64,000 nucleotides of DNA from a virus: IMG/VR virus record IMGVR_UViG_3300025849_000016, positions 1 through 64,000 of that record; one strand, given 5' to 3'. Each line of letters begins with the position of its first letter. Position 1 is the stretch's first letter. The notes under the pieces were generated by a model, which did not search any database, had not been told where the DNA came from, and saw only the letters and a program-made list of their open reading frames with translations. The translations under genes and the position numbers were made by a program. Shown here in pieces: positions 19,098-29,051 of the stretch.

Positions 19098-19902
19098 AGG
19101 TTTTATAGCCCAAAATTTAGGTAGATATTTACACAGCAAAGGTCACGAAGTAGAAGGATTTGACTGGATACCAAATACTCTTCCTGCTGTTGATTTTTAT
19201 GATCAAATTATTCATCTTGGTGCTATTAGTGAAACAACATGTACTGATGTTGAAGCAGTAATGGATCAAAATTTAGACTTTTCAACAAGATTGTTAGGAT
19301 TATGCGAAGCGCATGGAACTAATTTAATGTATGCATCTAGTGCTAGTGTATATGGTCCTTTAAAAAATTGTAAAGAAACTGCACCGTGTTTACCTAAATC
19401 ACCGTATGCCTGGTCAAAATATCTTTTTGATCGTGTTGTAACTTCAGCTGATATTAGTAGTTTTGGATGTAGAGTGCAAGGATTTAGATATTTTAACGTA
19501 TTCGGCGAATACGAAGACCACAAAGGACCTCAGGCTAGTATTTTTCATCAATTTCGTAAACAAGCATTAGGTGGGTGCATTAAACCTTTTGTAAATTCTG
19601 ATAATTACTACCGAGATTTTATATATGTTGGCGATATTTGCAAAATTACCGAAAAATTCTTAGATATTGACGAGAGTGGTGTATGGAATGTAGGTAGCGG
19701 TCATGCAGAAAGTATTGGCGCGGTGGCAAAATTCATGGCCGAACGCATGAATGTACCTATAGAAGAGGTAGAAATGCCAACATCACTACTTGGTCAGTAT
19801 CAAGAATACACATGTAGTGATAATACTAAACTTTTAAACACAATTGGGGACTTTAAGTTCACTACACCTTATGAATGGATGGAAAATGGCAACAAGACTT
19901 GA
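19072..19902 (+). CDS. hldD: ADP-L-glycero-D-manno-heptose 6-epimerase (SDR family)
   Basis: ITGYKGFIA, HLGAIS.T, YASSASVYG, YAWSK, GFRYFNVFG..EDHKG..AS, RDFIYV; overlaps hldE. Confidence 0.88.
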   Translation: MKILITGYKGFIAQNLGRYLHSKGHEVEGFDWIPNTLPAVDFYDQIIHLGAISETTCTDVEAVMDQNLDFSTRLLGLCEAHGTNLMYASSASVYGPLKNCKETAPCLPKSPYAWSKYLFDRVVTSADISSFGCRVQGFRYFNVFGEYEDHKGPQASIFHQFRKQALGGCIKPFVNSDNYYRDFIYVGDICKITEKFLDIDESGVWNVGSGHAESIGAVAKFMAERMNVPIEEVEMPTSLLGQYQEYTCSDNTKLLNTIGDFKFTTPYEWMENGNKT

Positions 19903-20284
19903 AGGAAAAATAGATAAAGGTTGGGGATTTGAAATAATCTGGGCAACAAATGACAAATATTGCGGTAAAATTATGGTTTTTGAGAAAGTTGGTGCAAAGT
20001 TCTCTATGCACTTTCATCGAGAAAAGGACGAAACATGGTTTGTTAATAATGGCCGCTTTATTGTTCGCTGGATTGACACAAAAACTGCAAAAATGAATAT
20101 GCAAGAGTTAAAAGAAGGCGATACTTGGCATAATCCACCGTTGCAGCCACATCAATTAGAATGTATTCAAGCAGGAAGCTCGATTACCGAAGTTTCTACA
20201 GCCGATTCAGTTGAAGATAATTATAGAGTTTTTCCAGGAGATAGCCAAACAACTATGCCTGAGCCTCTCCCCACTTTAGAATAA
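19886..20284 (+). CDS. Cupin, sugar(-phosphate) isomerase-like
   Basis: KGWGFE, YCGK, SMHFH..KDETW, PHQL, EVST..S.EDNYRV.PGDSQ metal-cupin motifs; start at MATRLEG overlapping hldD. Confidence 0.8.
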   Translation: MATRLEGKIDKGWGFEIIWATNDKYCGKIMVFEKVGAKFSMHFHREKDETWFVNNGRFIVRWIDTKTAKMNMQELKEGDTWHNPPLQPHQLECIQAGSSITEVSTADSVEDNYRVFPGDSQTTMPEPLPTLE

Positions 20285-23200
20285 CATTTCCTAAAATAGG
20301 CACACCGCTAGTCTTACGTATATTAATAGCAAGTACATCAGGACCATTTGGAAATGCACCTCTACCGCCTAAACTTGTATTTGTAAGCTCTTTAATTGGT
20401 GATAGATCTAATTCTGAACGTTCTCCAGGCACAGCAATAAACTTAAAGATAGTTTCACCAGGTTTTGCATAAGCTGCTTCAGTAAGATTAAATGTAACAG
20501 TGTCGCCAGCAGTAAACGTACTTAACGCCGCTTGGTTTAATTCAACCACTGAATATGCTGTACCGTCAAGTGTTACTGCCTCTACCGAAGATATGATTGT
20601 ACCAGCAGAGAAGTTTGTATCAGATACATCAATAGGAGTACCTGTTGTCGCACCTGTTGCTGTAAATGTAAGTGATGGAAATAGTAATTTTGTAGTTACT
20701 CCGGTTGGTGCACTATAAGTAAAGTTTGTTGTGAAGTTGTAAGAGCTACGACTGGTACCTCTGCTTATATTAATACGATCAGCCAGGTGATATCGTTCGC
20801 TATTGCCAAAGTAAGCAGTGCCAATGTTGCGTTGAATAGTTGTTACAACTGTATTGTCTCGATATATGTCACGGCCTTGGCCATCTGTGCCTGTTACTGT
20901 CATGCCTGGTTCAATAGCTAGATTATCAGCACTCTTAACATAGATATATGTGATATTTCTATTATAAACAGATGAGGTGCCTTGAATTGTTACATCTGCT
21001 GCAACAGTTGCAACATCTTCTGTTACAGTAGCTCCAACTCCCCAGTCAATCCCAGCACCAGAAACAACTTGTGCAAAACTAGGCTGTCCACCTTCAGCTT
21101 GTGTATTTAGTGATACCCAATTAACGCTGCTCGGACTAGTAGGATAGTTTTGAGGATTTAAAACGCCTTCAACAATAACACCACCTGTATCAGTAGCTCC
21201 TAACGGATCACTAGTAACCTCAATACCGTTCAGTAGCAACTGTGCTCTATTTAGTAGCTCTCTATCTCCAAGGTCGCCTGTAATAGCATTTGATACACTT
21301 GGTGCTAGTCTAATTAAAAATGCTGTTTGTCTTGTTGTTGATAGTTCAACACCAGTTGCAGCATAACTAAAAATATAACCTCGATCTTCATCAAATCCGC
21401 CATCAGTAATAAATGCAGATCCCCAATGACTAATAATTGGAGTTATTGTACTACTTAAAATTATAACTCCTGTTCGTCTACCATGTGAAGCAGCTGGACC
21501 TCCTGTGTATGTACGCTGTGCGCCAGCTTGAAAATTAATCAAACTAGTTCCTCTTGTGCATCCAGTTAAAACATTGCCATTTTTTCCTGTATACGTAATA
21601 ATTTCATTATCTATATATAATGTAGCACCTAAAGCTGGAAAATAAGATGCGTCTTCTAACGTAATAGATGTTTGTGTATTATCTATTGTGTCGGCTAATT
21701 TTCCGTTAGGGCCTTCGTTTGTAACTTCGTAACGCACGGGTAAGTTACCTGAACGCATAAACGCTTCTGTGTTTACGTTTGAGTTACGCATTCTGTGACA
21801 GAATACAAAGTTACCATTAGAGCCACGCATCATAAAGTCAATAAATCCAGCACCATACCAACTATATTGAATTCCAATCATTTGCATTTTCGATATATCA
21901 ACATCATATGCACTTTGACCAGTTCCGTCCATTTTATCTAGATTAAAATTTTCTTGTCTAACTTTTTTATCTTTTACTAAACACATTTTAGCATTAATTG
22001 CTGGTCTTACACCTCTGTAATCAGGAGTTAGAGACATTTGTGTTTGACTGTCGATATGAGATATGACATGAGTCATGCCTTTTAACACAACTCTGTCGCC
22101 TGTTTTTAATTGATCTTTAAATCTAGTACCTACACCTGTTACTAGATTATCTTCTGGGTCAACATTTACAAGACCTGCAACTTGAAACGTGCTACTTCTT
22201 TGAACAACATTTAAACTATCACCGTCATATTCCCAAAAAATACCGTTTTGGTCATCAAATGCACCTGCCCTCACAGTAGACCCGTGCCAGCTTTTAACTG
22301 ATATTTGACAACTATCCGATAATACAGGAAGTCTAGAACCTAATTGTGTAGTAGCAGTAACTTTTAATACTCTTTCATTTACTACATCTGTTACAGTATA
22401 AATTCCGTCATAACCGGCAGTTTCGACTCCAAGTAGTTCAATAACTCCTCCAACTTGTAATCCATGGTCAGCATCATCAATTTCGATAGTAATTAATGAT
22501 CCAATTGTTGCTCCTGCTGCTGAAATACTAAGAATATCGTAACTTGGAGCAAATAAAGCACCAGTTGTATACATAATACCTTTACCTGATTGATAACGAA
22601 TATAGTTTTTACTCTGACGTATAGCTTGCGCACCGTGTTGTGGGCCGCCTGTACCTAATTGTACACCGCCGTCATAAGGTCTGTGTACAAAGAAACTATC
22701 TGGGCGCAAATATACACTTCCTGAAATAGCATCAGCATTATCAATACCGGTGTCAATAGTACCAGCTGTTCTTGCTTGGTATGTTATTCTTGAAGTAGTA
22801 GGAACAGTTGTTGCAATAAAAGACCCAGCAGCTAAATTATGATTATTTGCACCTCCGTCGTCACTTGCAACAGATACAATAAGTGTTGCGCCAGGTACAA
22901 TACCGTGTGGATTTGTAAAATCAATTTCGATTGTTGCTAATTGTTCAAATGCTATCGAAACTCCTGCTGCTAACGGTGCTGTTAATACTTCTGTCATAGT
23001 AACTGTGCTATAAAATTCAAGAGCAGCTGATGATGTAACTGTACCGCTTATAGATGTATTAGTAATAGCGCCGGTGGCATCAATTCCTTCAACTACAATC
23101 AATACATCATTAACACCGCCAGTACCTCCAACATCACCGCCTGGTACAAGTAGTGTATTACCTATCTGATAACCAGTACCTCCCTGTTGAACATTAGAAA

Positions 23201-26200
23201 GAACATAGTTACTAACAGTTCGTTGTATACTAAATTGTGCTCCGTTACCAACAAGTTGAGCATAAAGTCCGATTAGTGCAGTATACGTTCCGCTTCCGTT
23301 TCCTCCTGTACCGCTTACAGTAGTTCCTGTTATGCCGCCGACGCCGTTAACTGTTGATACTGTAATAGTAAAATCATTTGCAGGAGAATCTCCGCCTAAT
23401 TCACTACCTGATATTATTATTACATCTCCTATTTTATAATTTTCACCAGGACTTGATATTAAATCTAATGAATATACAGTTGCAGTATTTGTAATATTAA
23501 ATGAAGCACCAGTTCCGGCATCATTTACTCCTGTTACCGCTGGTAGTAATTCAGTATTTAAAGCTACTCCTGAAATGTTTTTATCTGTAATGCCACCATT
23601 GCCATCAACTTGTGAAACAGTTATAACTAAATCATTTGTAGGAGTTGCGCCGCCCAATGCAGTACCTAATATGTTTAATGTATCACCTACTACAAATCCT
23701 GATCCTCCACCAGTTATATTAGCACTATATGTTGTTCCTACTCTTGATACTTGGAAAAATGCGTTTATACCATTTCCAGCAGTTGTATATGGAGCATTAT
23801 CGTAGCTTGCAAAGCCGTCAGTAGCTGTACCAGTTTCAGATACTGTTAAAATTTCACCATTTAACCCTACAGAATTTACTGTTATTGTTACATCATTGAC
23901 AGCATCGCTACCACCTAATATATCACCTGTTATAATTATAGTGTCACCATTACTATATCCAGAACCTCTAAGATCTGACGGAGTACCTGTAATATTTGCA
24001 CTTGTAATAGCACCACTTGCATCAACACCTGTAACAGATATAGTAGCATCGTTGACTAAAGTTGTACCTCGCAATGAAATACCTGGAATAGTAATTACAC
24101 TACTAGTTGTAAAATATTCGCCTCCGTTAATAATTGATATTGAATAAGATCCTGCACTTTCTGTAATAGTTGCTTGTGCATTTTGACCGTATACTGATAT
24201 TCCTGTTTGGCTGCTAAATGAATAAGAATCAAGTCCAGTTCCTGTAATTGATGCAGTTGTAATATCACCACTTCCGCCAATTCCTGTAATTGTTATTGTA
24301 GCATCATTTGCAGGAGAACTGCCGCCTAACTCAGTACCACTAATTACAAATGTTTCGTTAGTAACATAATTTTGTCCAGGATTTGATATTTGAACACTGT
24401 AAGCAGTGCCTGCTTGGAAAATTACAAATTGAGCATCAGTACCAGTAGCACCAGCATATGTTGCAATAAACGAAGAATATGTAGCATCTTTAGCTGCTGC
24501 TGTTCCGCTAGAAGAAACATTAGTAATTGCTCCGGAAACACCATCTACACCTGTTACCGTTAGTAAGCAATCATTTGTTGATGAAATACCTGTTAAGGAC
24601 GATCCATCTATAATCAGCTGATCACCGATCTCATAATCTGTACCACCGAATTCAATTATAATACTATACGTTCCTGAAACTGCATCTACTGTAAATAATG
24701 CACCTGTTCCTAAAGGTGGCGGCACTGCTACATTTACAGTTTCGTTTAATGAAGATGTTGCTACACTATATGTATTATTAGTTTTCGTAACATCAAAAAA
24801 TGCTCCTGTTCCTACTCCTGATTGCAATTGGCCAAATACGTTTGTAAAAGAACCATCTGCAGGAGCTGCTGTGCCAGTTTCAGTAAATGTTAGAATTTCT
24901 CCACTGGCGCCGACTGTAGAAACACGTATGTAAATATTATTAGCAGGATTTGCACCGCCTAATAGACTACCAGATAATTCTAAAACATCGTTAACTACAT
25001 AGTCAGCTCCGCCATTGTTAACACTAGTAGTGTACGATCCTGCAGATCTAGAAACATCAAATGTAGCGCCAGAACCAAGAGTTGCCGACAATAGATTTGC
25101 AGAAAGATCTACATATGTAACATCAGACCCAGCTCTATTAGCAGTTAATGGTCTATCTAAAAATACTTCTTGTCCGGAAATATTAGTTACAATACCTGCG
25201 CTACCATCGCCAAGATCAATTGCCATGCCGACAACAATACCGGATGTATCAATTACATCGAAGCTATTTTGACCTTCTGGAACATCTTCTGCAACTCCAG
25301 CTGTAACTTGTACACCGGTTCCGTTACCAATAGAACCTGTTACTTGTGATCCAATAGGTACACTATATGGTAGAGCGCCCTGTTGTACAAGCGGAGCACC
25401 TAGTTCCGGTATAGTGCCGTTGACTGTTATAGTGTCAGAACCGGTAGGATGTGACAATGATGTTACAAAAGTACCAGCACTACCTTGACTTGATATTTTA
25501 AAAGTAGGAGAGCCAACTGCTGCACCGGTATAAAATCCAGCTTTTCTTAATTGCGTATAATATGTTGATAGTACTTGACCATTACTAGTCCCAACTTTTG
25601 ATTTTGCATAATATGTAAAACTAGTAGAAGTTGGAATAGTAGTTACAACAAACGAACCTTCAGCTCGTCCAATTCCTAGTGCAGTTCCGCCTAACCCTTT
25701 AATTGTAAAAGGGTCACCTGGATTTAAAGAATGAGGTGAAGTTGTTGTTACTGTAATTAAACTTGCGCCAATTCCCGATGTTGCGATTGAAGCATCAGTT
25801 ACAACGTCTATAACATTTAATTCTGTTCCAGGAACTTCGTATATACTAGGATACCCTCTCTGCATACCAATTGCCTGCCATTTAGTAGGCTGTAATCCGT
25901 ACTCAAAGTCAGCATCAAGCATCGACTGTGCATTTGCAACTCTTTGTCTTTCAATAGCATCAGTACCAAAATCAAACGGGCGTGTTATAATTTCTGGTGT
26001 CTCTATAAAAATTTGTAATCTATCAGTAGAAGAATGAGTTGCTGTACTAAAGTAAAGTTTAATACTTGTAATTGTATCAGCTGTTTGACTAAAGCTGCTA
26101 AATTCCGCTTCAATCGCCGCATCAACATCAGAATCTTTAAGGAATTCAACATCAGCAATTTTGCCAGGGTCGTTAAAGGTGTATATTATTTCACCTTTAG

Positions 26201-27623
26201 TAACATTTGTTATTAAAAGAATGTCTTCTTCTCTATATCTACCTTGGACACGTATTGTACCTAATCCGTTTACTTTTTCTGGTAATGCACTAGTTCCGTT
26301 TTGTATTACATTAGTGAGTAAAGTTCTTAATGTAGTAACTGAACTAATTACTCCAACTTCAGCAGTCTTTGAAAGATCAATTACTTGTGATGTTCTTACA
26401 GGATCCTGTCGTGTAGTAAATTCTGTGTTTTGTAATATATAATCATTTATTAAAGTTTCAATAAATTCGTGTGTTTCAACTTCTGGTAATCTACTACCAT
26501 CTACTTGAGGAACACCTTTTTTCCAATAAAATGATGATACTTCGTATGTTGACTTATTTCCAGTGTATCTTATGTCGTGCAAATATGCATCTATCACATA
26601 GCCTATATCTCGTTCGCATTTATATTCATTATATGTATATTCAGCAAACGCATACCCATATGTATCTACAGGAATACTATCTAAACCATTAACAACTGTT
26701 TGTTTAGCAACAGTTATAAAATTTGTTATTTTTGATGTAACACCTGTTTCAGCAGCTGATCCCGCCTGTGCTTGTATTATTTCTGTTTGCAATACTGGAG
26801 TTTTTAATATGTTTTGTAATACATAATTATTTACCATAGCTTGTAATTCATCAAATATTAATTGCACAGCTGCTCTATTACCAGGAATTACCGAAGTTTC
26901 ATCATCCCATAATAGTCGTATTGCACTATTAGTATTAAATGTACCACCGTATTTAACATCGTATGCCAGGCCATTAACTAAATCAGTTAAAATAGTATTC
27001 CAAAGCGTTTCATCGTATGTAAATCCGTAGAATGGAGTAGATACTGCATTAACTAATGCAGAGGCAAATGTGTGTGTACTAGTATCAGATGATATACCAA
27101 CATTTATAGTAATTGATGTTGCATCAACTGATGAAATTTCTATAATATTATGTGCATAAGGATCATTACCGGTAATATTAGAAACACCTGATTCTCTTGG
27201 ATACGGATGAAGAGTTGAATTATTGTCTTTTGCACAAGTAAATGTAATACCACCGATTGCAATCTTAATATAATCACCTGGTGAATAAGAGTGTGCGCCA
27301 ATTGTTATATTTAATACTCCAGTTGTAGGAGTATATGTAGCATCTGAAGGAGTATATGAAGTTTGCGGCGCTGCTATTTCAGTTTGAATCCACTCCTTTA
27401 ACTCTCTTTTAATAAAAGATTTATTGGCTGCAAGTTGTCCAGAGGCATTAGGATTTAAATCCTGGGCAGTGTCTAATGCAATTCTATAATTTATATATTC
27501 TACCGCTTCGTCTTTTATATATTCTTTGTTCGAGGAGATCATTGAATATGCTTCTGGTACTACATTTTCTAAAACCCCTCTTCCTGGGTTAAAAATATAC
27601 GTTGAAATCTTCTTTTTTGCCAT
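20253..27623 (-). CDS. Very large virion structural protein (2456 aa) with helical KCxRD..GN segments and eight ~80-aa Gly/Thr-rich beta repeats
   Basis: YKCERDIGYVIDAYLHDIRYTGN, DADFEYGLQPTKW, YIRYQSGKG, IQYSWYGAG motifs typical of large proteins of aquatic T4-like phages; AGGA RBS. Confidence 0.7.
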   Translation of the reverse strand: MAKKKISTYIFNPGRGVLENVVPEAYSMISSNKEYIKDEAVEYINYRIALDTAQDLNPNASGQLAANKSFIKRELKEWIQTEIAAPQTSYTPSDATYTPTTGVLNITIGAHSYSPGDYIKIAIGGITFTCAKDNNSTLHPYPRESGVSNITGNDPYAHNIIEISSVDATSITINVGISSDTSTHTFASALVNAVSTPFYGFTYDETLWNTILTDLVNGLAYDVKYGGTFNTNSAIRLLWDDETSVIPGNRAAVQLIFDELQAMVNNYVLQNILKTPVLQTEIIQAQAGSAAETGVTSKITNFITVAKQTVVNGLDSIPVDTYGYAFAEYTYNEYKCERDIGYVIDAYLHDIRYTGNKSTYEVSSFYWKKGVPQVDGSRLPEVETHEFIETLINDYILQNTEFTTRQDPVRTSQVIDLSKTAEVGVISSVTTLRTLLTNVIQNGTSALPEKVNGLGTIRVQGRYREEDILLITNVTKGEIIYTFNDPGKIADVEFLKDSDVDAAIEAEFSSFSQTADTITSIKLYFSTATHSSTDRLQIFIETPEIITRPFDFGTDAIERQRVANAQSMLDADFEYGLQPTKWQAIGMQRGYPSIYEVPGTELNVIDVVTDASIATSGIGASLITVTTTSPHSLNPGDPFTIKGLGGTALGIGRAEGSFVVTTIPTSTSFTYYAKSKVGTSNGQVLSTYYTQLRKAGFYTGAAVGSPTFKISSQGSAGTFVTSLSHPTGSDTITVNGTIPELGAPLVQQGALPYSVPIGSQVTGSIGNGTGVQVTAGVAEDVPEGQNSFDVIDTSGIVVGMAIDLGDGSAGIVTNISGQEVFLDRPLTANRAGSDVTYVDLSANLLSATLGSGATFDVSRSAGSYTTSVNNGGADYVVNDVLELSGSLLGGANPANNIYIRVSTVGASGEILTFTETGTAAPADGSFTNVFGQLQSGVGTGAFFDVTKTNNTYSVATSSLNETVNVAVPPPLGTGALFTVDAVSGTYSIIIEFGGTDYEIGDQLIIDGSSLTGISSTNDCLLTVTGVDGVSGAITNVSSSGTAAAKDATYSSFIATYAGATGTDAQFVIFQAGTAYSVQISNPGQNYVTNETFVISGTELGGSSPANDATITITGIGGSGDITTASITGTGLDSYSFSSQTGISVYGQNAQATITESAGSYSISIINGGEYFTTSSVITIPGISLRGTTLVNDATISVTGVDASGAITSANITGTPSDLRGSGYSNGDTIIITGDILGGSDAVNDVTITVNSVGLNGEILTVSETGTATDGFASYDNAPYTTAGNGINAFFQVSRVGTTYSANITGGGSGFVVGDTLNILGTALGGATPTNDLVITVSQVDGNGGITDKNISGVALNTELLPAVTGVNDAGTGASFNITNTATVYSLDLISSPGENYKIGDVIIISGSELGGDSPANDFTITVSTVNGVGGITGTTVSGTGGNGSGTYTALIGLYAQLVGNGAQFSIQRTVSNYVLSNVQQGGTGYQIGNTLLVPGGDVGGTGGVNDVLIVVEGIDATGAITNTSISGTVTSSAALEFYSTVTMTEVLTAPLAAGVSIAFEQLATIEIDFTNPHGIVPGATLIVSVASDDGGANNHNLAAGSFIATTVPTTSRITYQARTAGTIDTGIDNADAISGSVYLRPDSFFVHRPYDGGVQLGTGGPQHGAQAIRQSKNYIRYQSGKGIMYTTGALFAPSYDILSISAAGATIGSLITIEIDDADHGLQVGGVIELLGVETAGYDGIYTVTDVVNERVLKVTATTQLGSRLPVLSDSCQISVKSWHGSTVRAGAFDDQNGIFWEYDGDSLNVVQRSSTFQVAGLVNVDPEDNLVTGVGTRFKDQLKTGDRVVLKGMTHVISHIDSQTQMSLTPDYRGVRPAINAKMCLVKDKKVRQENFNLDKMDGTGQSAYDVDISKMQMIGIQYSWYGAGFIDFMMRGSNGNFVFCHRMRNSNVNTEAFMRSGNLPVRYEVTNEGPNGKLADTIDNTQTSITLEDASYFPALGATLYIDNEIITYTGKNGNVLTGCTRGTSLINFQAGAQRTYTGGPAASHGRRTGVIILSSTITPIISHWGSAFITDGGFDEDRGYIFSYAATGVELSTTRQTAFLIRLAPSVSNAITGDLGDRELLNRAQLLLNGIEVTSDPLGATDTGGVIVEGVLNPQNYPTSPSSVNWVSLNTQAEGGQPSFAQVVSGAGIDWGVGATVTEDVATVAADVTIQGTSSVYNRNITYIYVKSADNLAIEPGMTVTGTDGQGRDIYRDNTVVTTIQRNIGTAYFGNSERYHLADRINISRGTSRSSYNFTTNFTYSAPTGVTTKLLFPSLTFTATGATTGTPIDVSDTNFSAGTIISSVEAVTLDGTAYSVVELNQAALSTFTAGDTVTFNLTEAAYAKPGETIFKFIAVPGERSELDLSPIKELTNTSLGGRGAFPNGPDVLAINIRKTSGVPILGNVILKWGEAQA
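23035..25085 (-). repeat. Eight ~80-aa domain repeats (GxGAxFx...GGxxYxxGDxxxIxGxxLGGxxPxNDxxITV)
   Basis: Visible in the translation; boundaries approximate. Confidence 0.85.
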
Positions 27624-27626
27624 GTT

Positions 27627-28589
27627 TTATGTTCCTAAAGCAATTGCTAATGCAGTAACGTTTTCGTCTACATACCGTTTGTTTGCTATACCGGTAGTTG
27701 TTGTTGGAGCTTGTGTAACAGATGCAGTTGTAAATACAGCAGATCCAGGAGTAGTTGCACCAATATTTATGCTATCTAATGTACCCGAGGTAGCACTTAA
27801 GGACGTAAAAGCTCCGGCTGCTGGTATATTATTTCCTATCGATATATTGTTTAATGACCCGGTTGTACCGCTATCTATCGTTGTTATTCCTGATCCTCTA
27901 GCAATTAAATTTATATTATTGTTTTGCGGTCTTAAATCAATTAATCCGGCTGTTGAAGTAATTGCTGGTGCTGTGATCGATAACCCTGTTATGCTTCCTG
28001 AATTAGCAGAAATAATTACTGATCCTAAATCACTTGGCTGCAATCTAATATTAGCATTTGATCCTAATGCATTTATATTTCCTGCTACTGTTAGTGTATT
28101 AAATGATCCGTTACCTGTTATAACTGGATCCGAAATAGAAATCATACCGTATGGAGCGCCAGACGAATTTGTGTATCTTAGTTCTGAAGGAGCATCAATC
28201 GGAACATCAAATGTAACAATACCAGTATTTTTTCCTTGAGCTGAACTACCTGTAACTGTTACATTTTCTGTGCTTGTATGACTTAACCCTGTACTATAAA
28301 ATGACGAGCCGTCGCCGTTAGCTACATTAAAAGTTAAAGCCGATAATGATAAATTTATAGTATATCGTGTGCCTCTTAATAATGCAATCTGAGGATTATC
28401 AGGATCATTTGATGTTTCTCTAAACTGACCTGCACCTGATTCCGAAAATGAAAAATCCGTTTCAGTTTGGTCTTCAGCTGCGATAGTAAAAGAAAGAGAC
28501 CGAGCAGTAATGTTACCCTGGTCGTCTACAATAAATCCTGTACTTTTAAAACCATATTCTGATTCAAACGGGTTATAAGTTATTGGCAT
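27627..28589 (-). CDS. Virion/fibre-associated protein with ligand-less cupredoxin-like domain
   Basis: NPQIALLRGTRYTI...FDVPIDAPSELRY; G.INN..IG...P.AG.FT.L fibre repeats; ANKRYVD; C-terminal ALAIALG; GATAAATA at 28606-28613. Confidence 0.6.
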   Translation of the reverse strand: MPITYNPFESEYGFKSTGFIVDDQGNITARSLSFTIAAEDQTETDFSFSESGAGQFRETSNDPDNPQIALLRGTRYTINLSLSALTFNVANGDGSSFYSTGLSHTSTENVTVTGSSAQGKNTGIVTFDVPIDAPSELRYTNSSGAPYGMISISDPVITGNGSFNTLTVAGNINALGSNANIRLQPSDLGSVIISANSGSITGLSITAPAITSTAGLIDLRPQNNNINLIARGSGITTIDSGTTGSLNNISIGNNIPAAGAFTSLSATSGTLDSINIGATTPGSAVFTTASVTQAPTTTTGIANKRYVDENVTALAIALGT

Positions 28590-28615
28590 TCAATACTCCT
28601 TACAGTATTTATCTT

Positions 28616-29026
28616 TTAGTAAGGAACCAATAAATTTTGATTTTGAAAATAAAATGCATTATATACTAATTTGCTATTTTTATTATCGTCTGATGTAGGT
28701 GATGCTTTTAAACTGACATATGAATCATTTACAGTAGCACTTAGATTTACAATATCGTTTCCTAAATTAGAACGTCCAAAAACTGATAGTGTTGCTTTGT
28801 CTAATGATGCTACTACTAAAACTTTAATTATTTCTTTTTGAGTAGTATTTAAATCTATAAAAATTGTATATTCGGCGGCTGTAAAATCACCTAGATAAAA
28901 TCTATCAAATTCAGTTTCTTGCGGAATTGATACCCAAGGACCAGTTCGACTTAATTGTGTATCGTTTTTTAGACTTATAGTATTTTTTCTACCAACCTGT
29001 AAATACTTGTCAATAAATATTGCCAT
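28616..29026 (-). CDS. Small beta-rich virion structural protein
   Basis: 136 aa, D.F....F.AAEY.I...KEI..VLVVA...FG pattern; AAGGAG RBS; AATAAATA at 29049-29056. Confidence 0.5.
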   Translation of the reverse strand: MAIFIDKYLQVGRKNTISLKNDTQLSRTGPWVSIPQETEFDRFYLGDFTAAEYTIFIDLNTTQKEIIKVLVVASLDKATLSVFGRSNLGNDIVNLSATVNDSYVSLKASPTSDDNKNSKLVYNAFYFQNQNLLVPY

Positions 29027-29051
29027 TTACAATTCTCCTTGTATACTATAT

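Noticed and set aside
5363-19885. Longer N-termini from the ORF track for terminase (5377), sheath (13360), gp13 (14875), gp14 (14888) and cupin (19844)
   Set aside because: The extensions run through promoter motifs or the upstream gene; downstream ATGs fit the RBS or promoter spacing and family N-termini better
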